A stretch of 64,000 nucleotides of DNA from Eledone cirrhosa (taxonomy: Eukaryota): contig CAXHJY010001498.1 in the NCBI GenBank assembly GCA_964016885.1, positions 35,907 through 99,906 on the forward strand, written 5' to 3'. Below, in pieces: positions 29,083 through 46,001 of the stretch; position 1 is the first letter of the stretch; each line of letters begins with the position of its first letter. Below the pieces are notes generated by a model. The model did not search any database and had not been told where the DNA came from. It worked only from the letters and a program-made list of their open reading frames with translations. Position numbers and translations under genes: made by a program.

Positions 29083-31451
29083 TGCTCCAGCATGGTCTCT
29101 GCCGGATGGATGGAACAAGTAAAAGAGTAAAGGAGCATATAGACTACCAGTATTAGACACGGAACTCTGGTTAAACACTGTAAACGAGAGGGTCCAAATT
29201 CTCCACACATATTTTGCTAAATCCATGGCCACCCTCACACCACCACCACCACCATCACATCACCACCACCATCACACCACCACCCTCACCCCCACAAACA
29301 CAACAACCACCCTCACCACCACCACACCACCACGCTCACCACCACCACCATCACACCACACCACCACAAACACAACAACCACCCTCACCACCACCACACC
29401 ACCACGCTCACCACCATCACATCACCCTCACCACAACAACCACACCACCACGCTTACCACCACCCTCACCACCACGGTACCACCACAACAACAACCACAC
29501 TACCACCACCCTCACAGCACCATCACACCAACACCCTCACCACCCTCACAACAACCACACCACCACCACCACACCATCACGCTCACCACTACCACACCAC
29601 CACACCACCATCACAACAACCACATCACCACCACAACAACCACACCACCACCACACCACCACCACAGCACCATCACCACCACAACAACCACACCACCACC
29701 ATAGTACCATCACCACCACAACAACCACATCACCACCACAACAACCACACCACCACCACACCACCACCACAGCACCATCACCATCACAACAACCACACCA
29801 CCACCACCACCATCTATCTTATGTCTTGTTTTCTCTCAAAGCAAAACTCTCCATTTTTTCCCTTTGTTAATCGCCATTACATAAAAGAAATACTTTAGAT
29901 GTTACGAATTTCATGCTGTTTGTTAAACTTACAGTTGTTGTTGTTACTGTTGTTGTTACTGTTGTTGTTACTGTTGTTACTGTTGTTGTTACTGTTACTG
30001 TTGTTGTTACTGTTGTTGTTGTTACTGTTGTTGTTACTGTTGTTGTTACTGTTGTTGTTGTTACTGTTGTTGTTACTGTTGTTACTACTGTTGTTGTTGT
30101 TACTGTTGTTGTTGTTAATGATGTTACTGTTGTTGCTACGGTAATGTTTGTTGTTACTATCGTTGTTGTCAAGCACTGGGTCAACCTCAACAAAGCAGAC
30201 CTCTCATCAAAAGCCTTCCAGCCGTGACTACACCATCTTTTCTTTTTCACACAGACTTTATTATTTTTTTTGTTCCTTACTACAGACTTCCATATTTGAT
30301 ATATTTTTTTTGTCTTTATTTCAAAGACGGCAGGGAGTGATTCCAACAAGACCAGACTCTGCTATTTCTAGCACTTGATATGGCCACGGGGAGGTTCCAT
30401 AGCTGGTCCCTGTGTTGTATAGAGATGGAGAGATGTGAGGATATGTCTTCCTCTCGGCCACCTTCTCCTTCTCACTGCCCTCCGACACACACACCAAGAT
30501 CTCAGAAAAGGGTCAAGGGAGCTAACTTCCTCATTATATCTCTAAATATTAACGACAAAATTAGCAAGTATCTTCTCCCCTTCTCTCTCCTTCCTCTTCT
30601 CTCTTCTTCCCCTCCTCTCTCCTTCCTCTTCTCTCTTCTTCCTTCTCCTCCTTCTCTCTCCTTCCTCTTCTCTCTCCTCTCTTCTTCCCCTTCTCTCTTC
30701 TTCCCCCTTCTCTCTCCTTCCTCTTCTCTCTTCTTCTCCTCCTCTCTCCTTCCTCTTCTCTCTTCTTCTCTTCCTCTCTCCTTCCTCTTCTCTCTTCTTC
30801 CCCTTTTCCCTTCTATCTCCTTCCCCTTTTCCCTTCTCCCCCTTCTCCCCCTTCTCTCTTCTTCCCCTTCTCCCTTCGTCCCCTTCTTCACCATCTTTTT
30901 CTTACTTCGTCTTCGTCTTCTCACCTTTCTCTCTTGCATCTTCTATCTTTTTCTTCGTCTTAGCTAACTTATCCTTTGGAAGGTCATACCTTCCAAAGAC
31001 TCTCACCAGAAGCAGACATCTCCAATTAATCAGACTGGATCCCCCCCCCCCCAAAAAAAAGGGACCAACACTTCTTCTATAAACCCTAATCACCTCCGTC
31101 ACAACACTAACACCACACACGAATCAATTCCTCGTTCAGCTCCAACATCATTGATCAGATTCAGTTCGATTATCACTCAGTGAGAGGTCAATAAAAACAT
31201 TGGTTTAACATCGATACAAACATATATCGAACGAAGGACCCCCCCCCCCCTCCCCCCCACACACACACACACACACTCAGACACACCACCTTGACCCCAC
31301 AAAACTAGGAGAGGGTCCTTTTATATCATATTTTAATAGGGTCTGTCCTGCAGTCTTTCCGTACCAGCTTGCTACAGTGAAATATCTGTGTGTATGTATC
31401 TACATCGTTATGTGTATTCTATGTGTTTCTATATATACATACACCACACAC

Positions 31452-31504
<53 letters not shown>

Positions 31505-31625
31505 TACATATATATAGATATATATACATACACACACGTATATAATTACATACAGACACACATATATATATTTACATACACATACACACACATATATATA
31601 CACACACACAAATGTATAAACACGC

Positions 31626-31657
<32 letters not shown>

Positions 31658-31821
31658 ATATATATAACAGTGTGTATATACAACACACACACGTCATATA
31701 CACACAATGCTGTTTTAGTGTGGATTGTTTTTGCAAAACGGAACAAAAGCAGATTTCACGGTTTGGCTCATCCGTTCTTTGTACACACCCCTTTGTCTTC
31801 ACGTTATCTTAATTTATGAAC

Positions 31822-31898
<77 letters not shown>

Positions 31899-31931
31899 AT
31901 GTGTGCGAATATATATATAAATACATATGTG

Positions 31932-31965
<34 letters not shown>

Positions 31966-32114
31966 CGAATATATATATAAATATATATGTGTATATATAT
32001 ATATATGTATAGATATATATGTATGTATATATATCTGCATGTATGTATATATATATATATATATATATAGTATATATATACATGTATATATATGTATATA
32101 TATATACATGTATG

Positions 32115-32148
<34 letters not shown>

Positions 32149-32150
32149 TG

Positions 32151-32201
<51 letters not shown>

Positions 32202-32263
32202 ATATATATATACATAATATACACATATATATATATATATATACATGTATTTATATATATATA

Positions 32264-32310
<47 letters not shown>

Positions 32311-32322
32311 ATATGTGTATAT

Positions 32323-32380
<58 letters not shown>

Positions 32381-32751
32381 CTTACATAAAACATTTCCTT
32401 TTCATTTTTCTATAGTTTATTGTATTTTTTCATGTTTTCTTTCTTTCTTTCTCTCTATTCTCTTTTCTTTCTTTCTTTCTCTCTATTCTCTTTTCTTTCT
32501 TTCTTTCTTTCTTTCTTTCTTTCCGTCCTATTTGTTGTGTTTGATGCCCCCCACCCCTCCCGGTGTTTAATAACACTAAATCATCATGTTACTCCTATAT
32601 CAAACTTCCTATCTTTTTTCTATAACTCTCCGCTTCTCTACCCACCCATCTCTTTATATATATGTGTGTATAGAATGTGTGTATATACATATATATGCAT
32701 ATACACACATATATATATGCATATACACACATATATATAAACATATATGTG

Positions 32752-32784
<33 letters not shown>

Positions 32785-32806
32785 ATATATATATTATGTG
32801 TATATA

Positions 32807-32883
32807 TAGGGTGTTCCCCAAAATATGTAAATACACTTCAACAGAATTCTAATAAAAGCGTGTATGCATATTTGTGGGACACC
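32807..32883. mobile_element. Small Tc1/mariner-type MITE (second copy 62994-63096; single end at 4209-4238)
   Basis: TIR like TACAGGGTGTCCCACAAAAATGTATACAC; shared interior ACACTTCAAC...ATTCTAATAAA. Confidence 0.7.
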
Positions 32884-33026
32884 ATTGATGTGTGTATGTG
32901 TGTGCATATGTATGAATATATGTATATACATGTATATATATATGGATATATATGTGTATATATATATTTATTTATATATGGTTATATATCTATCTATCTC
33001 TCTCTATATATATATATATGGTTATA

Positions 33027-33057
<31 letters not shown>

Positions 33058-33062
33058 GGTTA

Positions 33063-33103
<41 letters not shown>

Positions 33104-33140
33104 GGTTATATCTCTCTCTCTCTCTATATATATATGGTTA

Positions 33141-33188
<48 letters not shown>

Positions 33189-33335
33189 TATAGAGGGAGG
33201 GTGTATGTAAGTCTGTGTGTGTATCTTTCACCTGTGTCTGCTTAAAACTTTCATTCTCTCACAATCCCCTTATTTCTCTCATATATATATATACGTAATA
33301 TATACAGACACATGTATATACCTCCCTAAACACCA

Positions 33336-33376
<41 letters not shown>

Positions 33377-33936
33377 ATACATAGCTAGATAGATACAAAC
33401 ATATTTCGAGGGTTGTTACCATTCCACCCCGTTAAACATGGCTGACATCTTACTCTAACTGTTGCCCCCGACAGGTTCCTCCCTACACCCTCTACCCCTG
33501 TCTCCCTACCCTTCCTCCCACTCTATCTCCCTACCCCCGCCACCCCTCTCTCTCCCTAACCTCCCTTTTCTCTCTCTCCCCCCCATACTTTTTTCTGCTC
33601 CTATAACTTTACCCACACAACCGCCACCACCAGCACTGCCACTAATATCTCTTACATCAACCCTCCCATCTCCCTATATCCACAGAAATCCTTACATTCC
33701 CTCCCACCCCTTTCCTACCCAGCCCTTTAACCACTCAACCCCTTTCCTACCCAGCCCTCTAACCTCTCCACCCCTATCTAACTCATCTTTCTCAGACCCA
33801 CATAACTTTGCGTCATTTTATATTTTTAATATGTTTCCAACCTGTCTTCATAATAAACTCATAGGCTGGTTCGTTGAGCGGATGGATTGTTGCTTTGTTG
33901 GTTGGTTGGTGGCTGCCTGGTTGGGTTTGTTGGGTG

Positions 33937-34690
33937 GTTAAGGGGCTGGCTGGCTTGTATCTCTGTTGGTTGGATGGTCCGTTAAGGGGCTGGCTGGCTG
34001 GTATCTCTGTTGGTTGGATGGTCCGTTAAGGGGCTGGCTGGCTGGTATCTCTGTTGGTTGGATGGTCCGTTAAGGGGCTGGCTGGCTGGTATCTCTGTTG
34101 GTTGGATGGTCCGTTAAGGGGCTGGCTGGCTGGTATCTCTGTTGGTTGGATGGTCCGTTAAGGGGCTGGCTGGCTGGTATCTCTGTTGGTTGGATGGTCC
34201 GTTAAGGGGCTGGCTGGCTGGTATCTCTGTTGGTTGGATGGTCCGTTAAGGGGCTGGCTGGCTGGTATCTCTGTTGGTTGGATGGTCCGTTAAGGGGCTG
34301 GCTGGGTGGTATCTATGTTGGTTGGATGGTCCGTTAAGGGGCTGGCTGGGTGGTATCTATGTTGGTTGGATGGTCCGTTAAGGGGCTGGCTGGCTGGTAC
34401 TCTGTTGGTTGGATGGTCCGTTAAGGGGCTGGCTGGCTGGTATCTCTGTTGGTTAGATGGTCCGTTATAGGGCTGGCTGGCTGGTATCTCTGTTGGTTGG
34501 ATGGTCCGTTATAGGGCTGGCTGGCTGGTATCTCTGTTGGTTGGATGGTCCGTTAAGGGGCTGGCTGGCTGGTATCTCTGTTGGTTGGATGGTCCGTTAT
34601 AGGGCTGGCTGGCTGGTATCTCTGTTGGTTGGATGGTCCGTTATAGGGCTGGCTGGCTGGTATCTCTGTTGGTTCGATGGTTGGTTAAAG
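33937..34690. repeat. 44-bp minisatellite, ~17 copies
   Basis: Unit GTTAAGGGGCTGGCTGGCTGGTATCTCTGTTGGTTGGATGGTCC (33981, 34025...), embedded in (TTGG/CTGG)n. Confidence 0.95.
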
Positions 34691-35508
34691 GGCTGGCTGG
34701 CTGATGGTACCTCTGTTGGTTTGATGGTGGGGTGTTTGGTTGGGTTCGTTGGGTGTCTGGCTGGCTGGCTGGTTTCTCCGTGGGTTTGTTGGATGGTGGG
34801 CTGTTTGGTTGGGTTTGTTGGATGGTGGATTGTTTGGTTGGGTGTTTGACTGGCTGGCTGGCTAGATGGTTTCTTCGTTGGTTGGCTGATTGGGCTGATG
34901 TACTGTTGCTTTGTTGCTTTGTTGGTTGGTTGGTTGGTGGCGAGGCTGGTTGGGGTTGTTGGGTGGTTGGTTAGTTCTGTTGGCTGTATGGGTGGTGGTT
35001 TTGTTCGTTGGATGGGCGGCTGGCTGGATGGTTGTCTTGTTGTTTCGCTGGTTGGCTGGTTGTTTTGTTGGCTGGGTGAATGGCTGGTTGGTTGGTGAGT
35101 TGTTTTGCTGGATGGATGGATGGATGGATGGATGGTTGCTCTTTTCGTTGGGTGGTTAATTGGACGGCCGGCTGGAGGGCTTCTCTGTTGGTTGGATGGT
35201 TGGTTGGTTGGTTGGTTGGATGAGACGCTGGTTGGGCTGGGGTTGGTGGTTGGGCTGGTGTTTTTGTGTGGATTCATTGGTTTTGATTGGTTCTAAATGT
35301 GGTTGTTTGGTCGATGATTTGAGTGGTTATCTGTTGGGTAACTAAGGGTTGTTTTGGGTGATTTGGATGGTTTAATGTTAGCATGTGGAGTTGGATGGTA
35401 TGATAGATAGCAAGAAGGTTAAATGGTATGACGATGGAATGGCTGGATGAATATACGTGCATATATTTATATATATATATATACACACAAACATATATAT
35501 ACACACAC

Positions 35509-35551
<43 letters not shown>

Positions 35552-35580
35552 GACGCACATATATATATATATACACACAG

Positions 35581-35623
<43 letters not shown>

Positions 35624-35684
35624 GACGCACATATATATATACACACAGACACACACATATATATATATATATATATACACACAG

Positions 35685-35723
<39 letters not shown>

Positions 35724-35732
35724 GACACACAC

Positions 35733-35809
<77 letters not shown>

Positions 35810-35873
35810 AGCGAGGTTATAGGAAAAATATTCACCATGTTCTCTTTTGTTCCCATTACACACACACGCACTA

Positions 35874-35915
<42 letters not shown>

Positions 35916-36149
35916 AATTGAATATATTTGTTGCTAACAGCAGGGTACGACACAATCAATGGAAAGTACTCAATACATGAGAGTAATATCTCCAATATGG
36001 CTACCTTTTCTTCTGTTCGCCCACGTGATTAATGTCTATATTTTCTAACTACTTCAATAACTTCGCTGTTTGATATTTTTTTTTCTAATGAAATTAGTAA
36101 GATTTTACTAAGAGCACAATCCATTAAACTATATTTTATAACTATACAT

Positions 36150-36287
36150 ATATATATATGAGTATATATATATATATATGTATATAATATATATATATAC
36201 ATAAATATGAATATATATATATATATATATATGTATATAATATATATATACATAAATATGAATATATATATATTATATACATAAATA

Positions 36288-36326
<39 letters not shown>

Positions 36327-36451
36327 TATATATACATAAATATGAGTGTATACATATATATATATAATATATATATATATACATAAATATGAGTGTATAT
36401 ATATATATATAATATATATATATATATACATAAATATGAGTGTATATATAT

Positions 36452-36483
<32 letters not shown>

Positions 36484-36692
36484 CATAAATATGAGTGTAT
36501 ATATATATATATATAATATATATATATATATACATAAATATGAGTGTATATATATATATATAATATATATATATATACATAAATATGAGTGTATATAATA
36601 TATATATATATAATATATATATATATACATAAATACGAGTGTATATATATATATATATATATAATATATATATATATACATAAATACGAGTG

Positions 36693-36720
<28 letters not shown>
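36150..36720. repeat. Microsatellite-derived minisatellite (TA)n-CATAAATATGAGTG-(TA)n
   Basis: Direct inspection. Confidence 0.85.
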
Positions 36721-36749
<29 letters not shown>

Positions 36750-37477
36750 CTGAGTGAGTGTTGGTGAGTGAGCATACATATATACACATTCATAAACATG
36801 TACACGCATACATACACAATACATATACATAAACCCACATATATATATATATACACATATTTAAATGTTTATATCAGACGCGTAGAGAGACAGACAGACA
36901 GACAGACAGACAGGCAGACTTAGGTGGGGAGGGGGAGGAGGGAGGAAGAAGTGGCTAAAGATATGAGTGGTTGAACGGTTGAAGAATTTCATAGCTTTTT
37001 ACATACAAAAGACTGACCGGCATTTGTTTAGGTAACGCTAGCTAATTACAGTTATGGTGCGTGTCTAATTGGACAACAACAACATTGCTTACAGCCACAA
37101 CTACAGTAGCAACAACAACAGCATCAATAACTACAGTAGCAACAACAATAATAGCAACAAAAACAACATCAAGAACATCACCAACAACAACAACAACAAC
37201 AACATCACCCACAACAACATTATCTAAAACAGCAGCAGTAACAACAACGTCACCAACAACATAACCGACAACAACTACAACTGCAAACATAACAACAATA
37301 ATAACAACAGCATCAGCAACATCACCAACAGTAAAACCAAAAACAAAAACAACTGTATCAACAACAGTAGCAACAACAACTGCATCACAGTCACGTTGTG
37401 AATACCCACAGATGAGTTAGAAATTGTCTCATATAAATTTACCGCTGGAGTAGGAAACCAGATGGTAGCCCATCATA

Positions 37478-37513
<36 letters not shown>

Positions 37514-38042
37514 TAGATAATTTAATATATCTACTAACATAAGCGTTAGTAGATATATTAAATTATCTATATTTATCTCCAAATCACTGATTTGTCGAGC
37601 AAACCTGCCAAAACCACTTCTAAATTTTTTGGGGGTGTTAGTAGGCGTCTGTCATCTTACCATCCCATTCCTACTGACTAGCCTCTGTGTCACGTGATTG
37701 ATTCTTTAGAATCGGCCATATGACCAGTGGCAGTGAGAATTTTCAGTACCTGGAATCCAGTCCTCGATAGCTGTTCCATTTACCGAATTATTATTATTTT
37801 TATATGAGTCCCCAGTGTCCGCGCATTGCCTGGAGACTTGGCTGAGAATAGATCTCCCCGATGACGCAATGAAATTCTCAACAGTTCATTACGTAACTGT
37901 CTTTATCCCATTGCAGAAACTAATTAGTTGGAGTGAAAATTTAAGTAAGTAAGTTAATTTTTTTTTAATTTTTTTTTTAAATTTTCTTATTTTACGTCTT
38001 TTATATATAAATATATATATATATATATAAATATATAAATAT

Positions 38043-38097
<55 letters not shown>

Positions 38098-38103
38098 TTG
38101 ATC

Positions 38104-38243
38104 TCAGTCCAGAATTAGCCGTCGAAACGGCTTGAGCTCAGCTGTCGGGGTCTTACTGGTTCCTATTACCCACTCTACTACCTCAAGTATTGAGTACTTT
38201 GGTGCGTTATGGTCCACCTGGTTCCTTACCACATTTCCTTCGT
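38104..38243 (+). mobile_element. Family A short element between (TA)n tracts
   Basis: AGCCGTC-GAAAC-GGCTTGAGCTCAGCT-GTC-GGGGTC...CCACATTTCCTTCG-(TA)n. Confidence 0.7.
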
Positions 38244-38362
38244 TATATATAAATATATAAATATATATATATAGGAATAGAATGAAACGAAATATTGTGT
38301 ATATATACGAATTATCATCCAACATTGTCTGAATACTTTGATGTACAACTCCTTTGAAACCA

Positions 38363-38700
38363 TGCGGCCCGTTACGTTCTGAGTTCAAATCTCGCCGAGG
38401 TTCCCTTTGCATTTCATCCTTATGGGGTTCATAAAATAAAGTACCAGTAATGCAATGGGGTCGATTTAATCAATTTTCCCCTCCCCCAAAGTGTACGCCT
38501 TGTGCCTAAATCAGAAACTATTATTATTATTATTATCATTATTGGTGGCTTGGCAGAATCGGTAGAGCCTCAGACAGATGCTTTGTGGCATAGAGTTACA
38601 ACCCTTTAGGTTCTGAGATCAAATCCCGCCGAGTTTAGCTTTGCTTTTCATCTTTACATGGTCGATAAAATAAAGTACCAGTAATGCACTGGGTTCTATG
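38363..38700 (+). mobile_element. Two tandem SINE copies
   Basis: B-box-like sequences at ~38381 and ~38615; conserved body. Confidence 0.8.
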
Positions 38701-39238
38701 TAACTTACTTTAGACGCCGTCCTTCTGTCCAAATTAGAAAGCATTACCATCATTATAGTAGCAGCAGTAGTAGTAGGAGTAGTCGCAGTAGTAGTAGTAG
38801 TAGTTGTCACAGTAGTAGTTGTCGCAGTAGTATTAATAGTAGTAGTAGTCGCAGTAGTAGTAGTAGTAGTCGCAGTAGTAGTAGTCGCAGTAGTAGTAGT
38901 CGCAGTAGTAGTTGTAGCAGTAGTAGTTGTCGCAGTAGTAGTAGTAGTAGTAGTAGTCGCAGTAGTAGTAGTAGTCGCAGTAGTAGTAGTAGTAGTCGCA
39001 GTAGTAGTAGTCGCAGTAGTAGTAGTAGTAGCAGCAAGTGCTAATAGTAGTATTTATTACTTTTCTTATCATTATCCAGGAATCGTTGTTAGTTTTTGTT
39101 GTTTTGTTTCCTCAAAGAATAGGTGTGTGGGGGGGGGGTAACCGGGGGAAGGAGGTGATAGGGGGAGGAGGAGGGGAAAAGCTTCTCAATTTCAGTGATT
39201 TATACCTTCCTGGTGGGTGTATAAACATATACACCAGC

Positions 39239-39286
<48 letters not shown>

Positions 39287-39318
39287 CACTAGCATGTATA
39301 TATCTATATAAACATACC

Positions 39319-39428
<110 letters not shown>

Positions 39429-39521
39429 GAGACTGAGAGAGAAGAAAAAGTCAGAGTACAGACAGAGAGAGAGAGCCAAGTAGATTAAATGTATCTATGT
39501 ACAGAAATACACACATATTTG

Positions 39522-39587
<66 letters not shown>

Positions 39588-39839
39588 TGTTTAGAGAGAC
39601 AGATTACACACCTAATATATATAAAACATATGTCAATATAAAGCTTATATATATATACACACACACACATATATATATTATATATATATATATATATATA
39701 TTTATATACACACACACACACACATATATATACACACATATATATATACACACACACACACAGATATATATATATATATACACACATATATATATATACA
39801 CACACATATATATATATTTATATATATACACACACACAC

Positions 39840-39876
<37 letters not shown>

Positions 39877-39899
39877 TATATATACACACACACACACAC

Positions 39900-39940
<41 letters not shown>

Positions 39941-40204
39941 CAAATAAATATTCACATATGTCCGTACATCCGACGTTTTTATCTGGTCATAAATTATTTA
40001 AGGTATTTCTACTTACACAATCTTAAACTTATTAAAGTAGCCATTTTATATATATGTGTGTGTGTGTGTGTGTGTGCGTGCGTGTACACATTGCTACAGG
40101 TGCATACTCTCAGACAAACACATACACTACACCACACACTGTTACACACACACATAAATATACAGATAGAGACACAATGAAACGGAGAATAAGTAAAAAT
40201 ACAA

Positions 40205-40925
40205 TTATGGTTTGGTACGGTTTGGTGGAGGTATGGTATTGTTATGGTAGAGTAGAGTAGTGTAGCAGTGTTGTGGTGGTGTGGTGTTGGGGTGTGGTGT
40301 GGTGTAGTATAGTGTGGTGTGTGTGGTGTGGTGTGGTGTAGTGTAGTGTTGGGGTGTGGTGTAGTATAGTGCGGTATAGTGTGGTGTAGTGTGGTGTAGT
40401 GTGTTATGGTGTGGTGTAGTGTAACACTGTTGTTGTGGTGTGGTGTTGGGCTGTGGTGTGGTGTTGGGCTGTGGTGTGGTGTAGTGTAGCACTGTTGTTG
40501 TGGTGTGGTGTAGTGTAGTGGTGTGGTGTAGTATAGTGTGGTGTGGTGTAGTGTGGTATGGTGTGGCGTGATGTAGTGTAGCACTGTTGTTGTGGTGTGG
40601 TGTAGTATAGTGTGGTGTGGTGTAGTGTAGCACTGTTATTGTGGTGACGGTGGTGGTGGAGATGGCTGTGACGGTAGTGGTAGTGACGATAGTGGTGATG
40701 GTGGTGGTGGTGGAGGTGGTTGTGACGATGGTGGAGGTGGCTGTGACGATGATGGTGGTGGTGGTGGTGGTGGTGTAGGTGGTGATGCTGGTGGTGGTGG
40801 TGGTGGTGTAGGTGGTGGTGGTGGTGCTAGTGGTGGTGGTGGTGGTGGTGTAGGTGGTGGTGCTAGTGGTGGTGGTGTAGGTGCTAGTGGTGGTGGTGTA
40901 GGTGGTGGTGGTGGTGGTGTAGGTG
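40205..40925. repeat. (GTGTG/GTGTA)n and (GGT)n microsatellites
   Basis: Direct inspection. Confidence 0.9.
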
Positions 40926-41098
40926 GTATATAAAGCGCGGGTGGGAGTAAGGACGGTAACAGCAGGAATTTCTTGAAGACATAATTCTAAAGAAAGAGAA
41001 ACACAGAGATGGGTGGTAGAGATAAAGTCTGATAGGTACCCCAGCAGACATCTTGTGTGGAAATAGAGATGATGTCCTGCTAATATAAAAACATGGCC

Positions 41099-42372
<1,274 letters not shown>

Positions 42373-42689
42373 ATCTGGCTTGAACATAATACAAACAAGC
42401 AACAATAAACAACCCCCTATCGCTGTAAAATCTACCCCCTTGTGAGTATTTGGTCCTATCATATACCCCAGCTCAAACCAATTAGCTGAGATCACCAACT
42501 GAGAACATGACTATTTAGATTATTTATCTGCTGCCGTATCAGAGTGAAGGCTTAGAGTCAGGGATATCTCACAGTATGGCGGCCAATTGGCAGAATCGTT
42601 ACAGCGTCAGATTTAAAATGCTGCCATTTTGAATCTCCTCCTAAAAGTACCGGGTTTAATATATATATATATTGTTTTATTTTATTATA

Positions 42690-42771
42690 CTACACTTCGA
42701 TATAAAAGTGAACCTAAACATCGCATGCTCACCCGGGTGAACCTACAGTAACTCCGCGTTACACTCCCTGG

Positions 42772-42772
<1 letters not shown>
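42690..42772 (+). mobile_element. Family C 3' end abutting (TA)n
   Basis: GTGAACCTAAACATC...GGGTGAACCTACAGTAACT...GTTACACTCCCTGG-(AT)n, reverse complement of 15479-15560. Confidence 0.6.
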
Positions 42773-42802
<30 letters not shown>

Positions 42803-42866
42803 GATAAATCTACCAAGAGTTTACGGTAGTGTCCAATCCGTATGAAGAACTCAATGTATTCCGGAT

Positions 42867-42913
<47 letters not shown>

Positions 42914-43144
42914 ATTAAATCAAATATGTAAAATTTGGCTTCGTTTATTCTAAATTATAGATATACTGCTCTATATATTTCGGTGACAGCCATCATTGGC
43001 TGTGACCTCTTCAGGCAGTCCGAATTGGTGTGGGAAAGACAGGTACACATGTTGTTGAAGTGTGTTTTACTCCGTCAATACATGTATGTATATGTACGTA
43101 TTGAAGTATGTATGCTTATATGTACACATTCACGTATGTGTAAG

Positions 43145-44580
43145 AACGTATGTATGTATGCGTGTAGGGATGAAAGTATGTATGTAGAGATGTATAAATG
43201 TGTGTGTTTTGTGTAAGCATGTATGTATGTATGTGTGTAGGGATGTAAGTATGTATGTAGAGATGTATATATGTGTGTGTGTATATATGTGTGTAAGCAT
43301 GTATGTATGTATGTGTGTAGGGATGTAAGTATGTATGTAGGGATGTATATATGTGTGTGTGTATATATGTGTGTAAGCATGTATGTATGTATGTGTGTAG
43401 GGATGTAAGTATGTATGTAGGGATGTATATATGTGTGTGTGTATATGTGTGTAAGCATGTATGTATGTATGTGTGTAGGGATGTAAGTATGTATGTAGGG
43501 ATGTATATATGTGTGTGTGTATATATGTGTGTAAGCATGTATGTATGTATGTGTGTAGGGATGTAAGTATGTATGTAGGGATGTATATATGTGTGTGTGT
43601 ATATGTGTGTAAGCATGTATGTATGTATGTGTGTAGGGATGTAAGTATGTATGTAGGGATGTATATATGTGTGTGTGTGTGTATATATGTGTGTGTGTAT
43701 ATATGTGTGTAAGCATGTATGTATGTATGTATGTGTGTAGGGATGTAAGTATGTATGTAGGGATGTATATATGTGTGTGTGTATATGTGTGTGTGTATAT
43801 ATGTGTGTAAGCATGTATGTATATATGTGTGTAGGGATATAAGTATGTATGTAGAGATGTATATATGTGTGTGTGTGTATATATGTGTGTGTGTATATAT
43901 GTGTGTGTAAGCATGTATGTATATATGCGTGTAGGGATGTAAGTATGTATGTAGGGATGTATATATGTGTGTGTGTATATATATGTGTGTGTATATATGT
44001 GTGTAAGCATGTATGTATGTATGTGTGTAGGGATGTAAGTGTGTATGTAGGGATGTATATATATGTGTGTGTGTATATATGTGTGTGTGTATATATGTGT
44101 GTAGGGATGTAAGTATGTATGTAGGGATGTATATATGTGTGTGTGTGTATATATGTGTGTGTATATATGTGTGTAAGCATGTATGTATGTATGTGTGTAG
44201 GGATGTAAGTATGTATGTAGAGATGTATATATGTGTGTGTGTGTATATATGTGTGTGTATATATGTGTGTAAGCATGTATGTATGTACGTGTGTGTGTGT
44301 AGGGATGTAAGTATGTATGTAGGGATGTATATATGTGTGTGTGTACATATGTGTGTGTGTATATATGTGTGTAAGCATGTATATATGTGTGTAGGGATGT
44401 AAGTATGTATGTAGGGATGTATATATGTGTGTGTGTATATATATGTGTGTGTGTATATGTGTGTAAGCATGTATGTATGTATGTATGTGTGTAGGGATGT
44501 AAGTATGTATGTAGGGATGTATATATGTGTGTGTGTGTATATGTGTGTGTAAGCATGTATGTATGTATGTGTGTCCAGAT
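43145..44580. repeat. ~58-75 bp microsatellite-derived minisatellite
   Basis: Unit GTGTAAGCATGTATGTATGTATGTGTGTAGGGATGTAAGTATGTATGTAGGGATGTATATATGTGTGT. Confidence 0.92.
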
Positions 44581-45896
44581 GTAACTATGTATGCATATGG
44601 CTTGATTTGCACTATTTTTCAGTTGTCATTTTTTTACAGCCATAGTATAACTATCTCTTTGACAGGAGAGGAAACTTCCCCTCCATAGTGCTCATAGGAT
44701 GTCACCTCAGTGGGGCTTCGCTGAAAATAACAACAGCCCTGAACACGACAGAATCACCAACAACAACAACATCACCAACAACAGCAACATCACTACCACC
44801 ACCAGAAGCAGCACCACCAACACGAACACTACCACCACCAACAACAAGAACAGCCACTACCACCACCAACACCAACACCACCAACACTACCACCACCACC
44901 ACTGTCATCACTACCACCACCAACAACAACACTACCACCAACAACAACACTACCGTCATCACTACCACCACCAACACCAACAACAACACTACCAACAACA
45001 ACAACTACACTACCACCACCAACAACAACAACACTACCACTACTACAACAACAACACTACCACCACCACCAACAACAACAACACTACCACCACCACGCTA
45101 CCACCACCAACAACAACAACACTACCACCACCATCAACAACAACAACACTACCACCACCAACAACAACAACACTAAAAACACCACTGCCACCACCACCAA
45201 CACCACCACCACCCCTGCCACCACCACCAACAACAACACCACCAACACCACCACCAAAAACAACACTATCACCACCACCAACAACAACAACACTACCACC
45301 ACCACCAACAACAACACCACCAACACCACCACCCCTGCCACCACCACCAACAACAACACCACTAACACCACCAACAACACCACCAACACCACCACCAACA
45401 CCACCACCAACAACAGCACCACTGCCAACAACAACAACAACAAAACAATACCAACATCAACGACAACCACCAAAACAACATCGCCAAATACGATGTCACC
45501 GAAAAAAGCGACAACAACGACAACAATAACAAAACAATACCAACGTCATCAACTAACACTCCATTACCAGCAACAACAACAACAAAGACCCCACCACCGC
45601 CAACACTAGCAACAACAACGACCCCATCACCACCAACACCAGCAACAACAACAACGACGACCCCACCACCGCCAACACCAATAACAACAACAACAACAAG
45701 AGCATCAAAAGTAATAATGATGAAAAAATATTTTTCTCTATTTTACATCTATCCACACATATACACACATATATATATACACACATATATACACATATAC
45801 ACACACACATATATATACACACATATACACACACATATATGCATACACACATATATGCACACACACTCACACACATATATATATATATACACACAC

Positions 45897-46001
<105 letters not shown>

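Noticed and set aside
33937-34690. Regular 44-bp array as a functional element
   Set aside because: Derived from surrounding (TTGG/CTGG)n; no spacers or structure.
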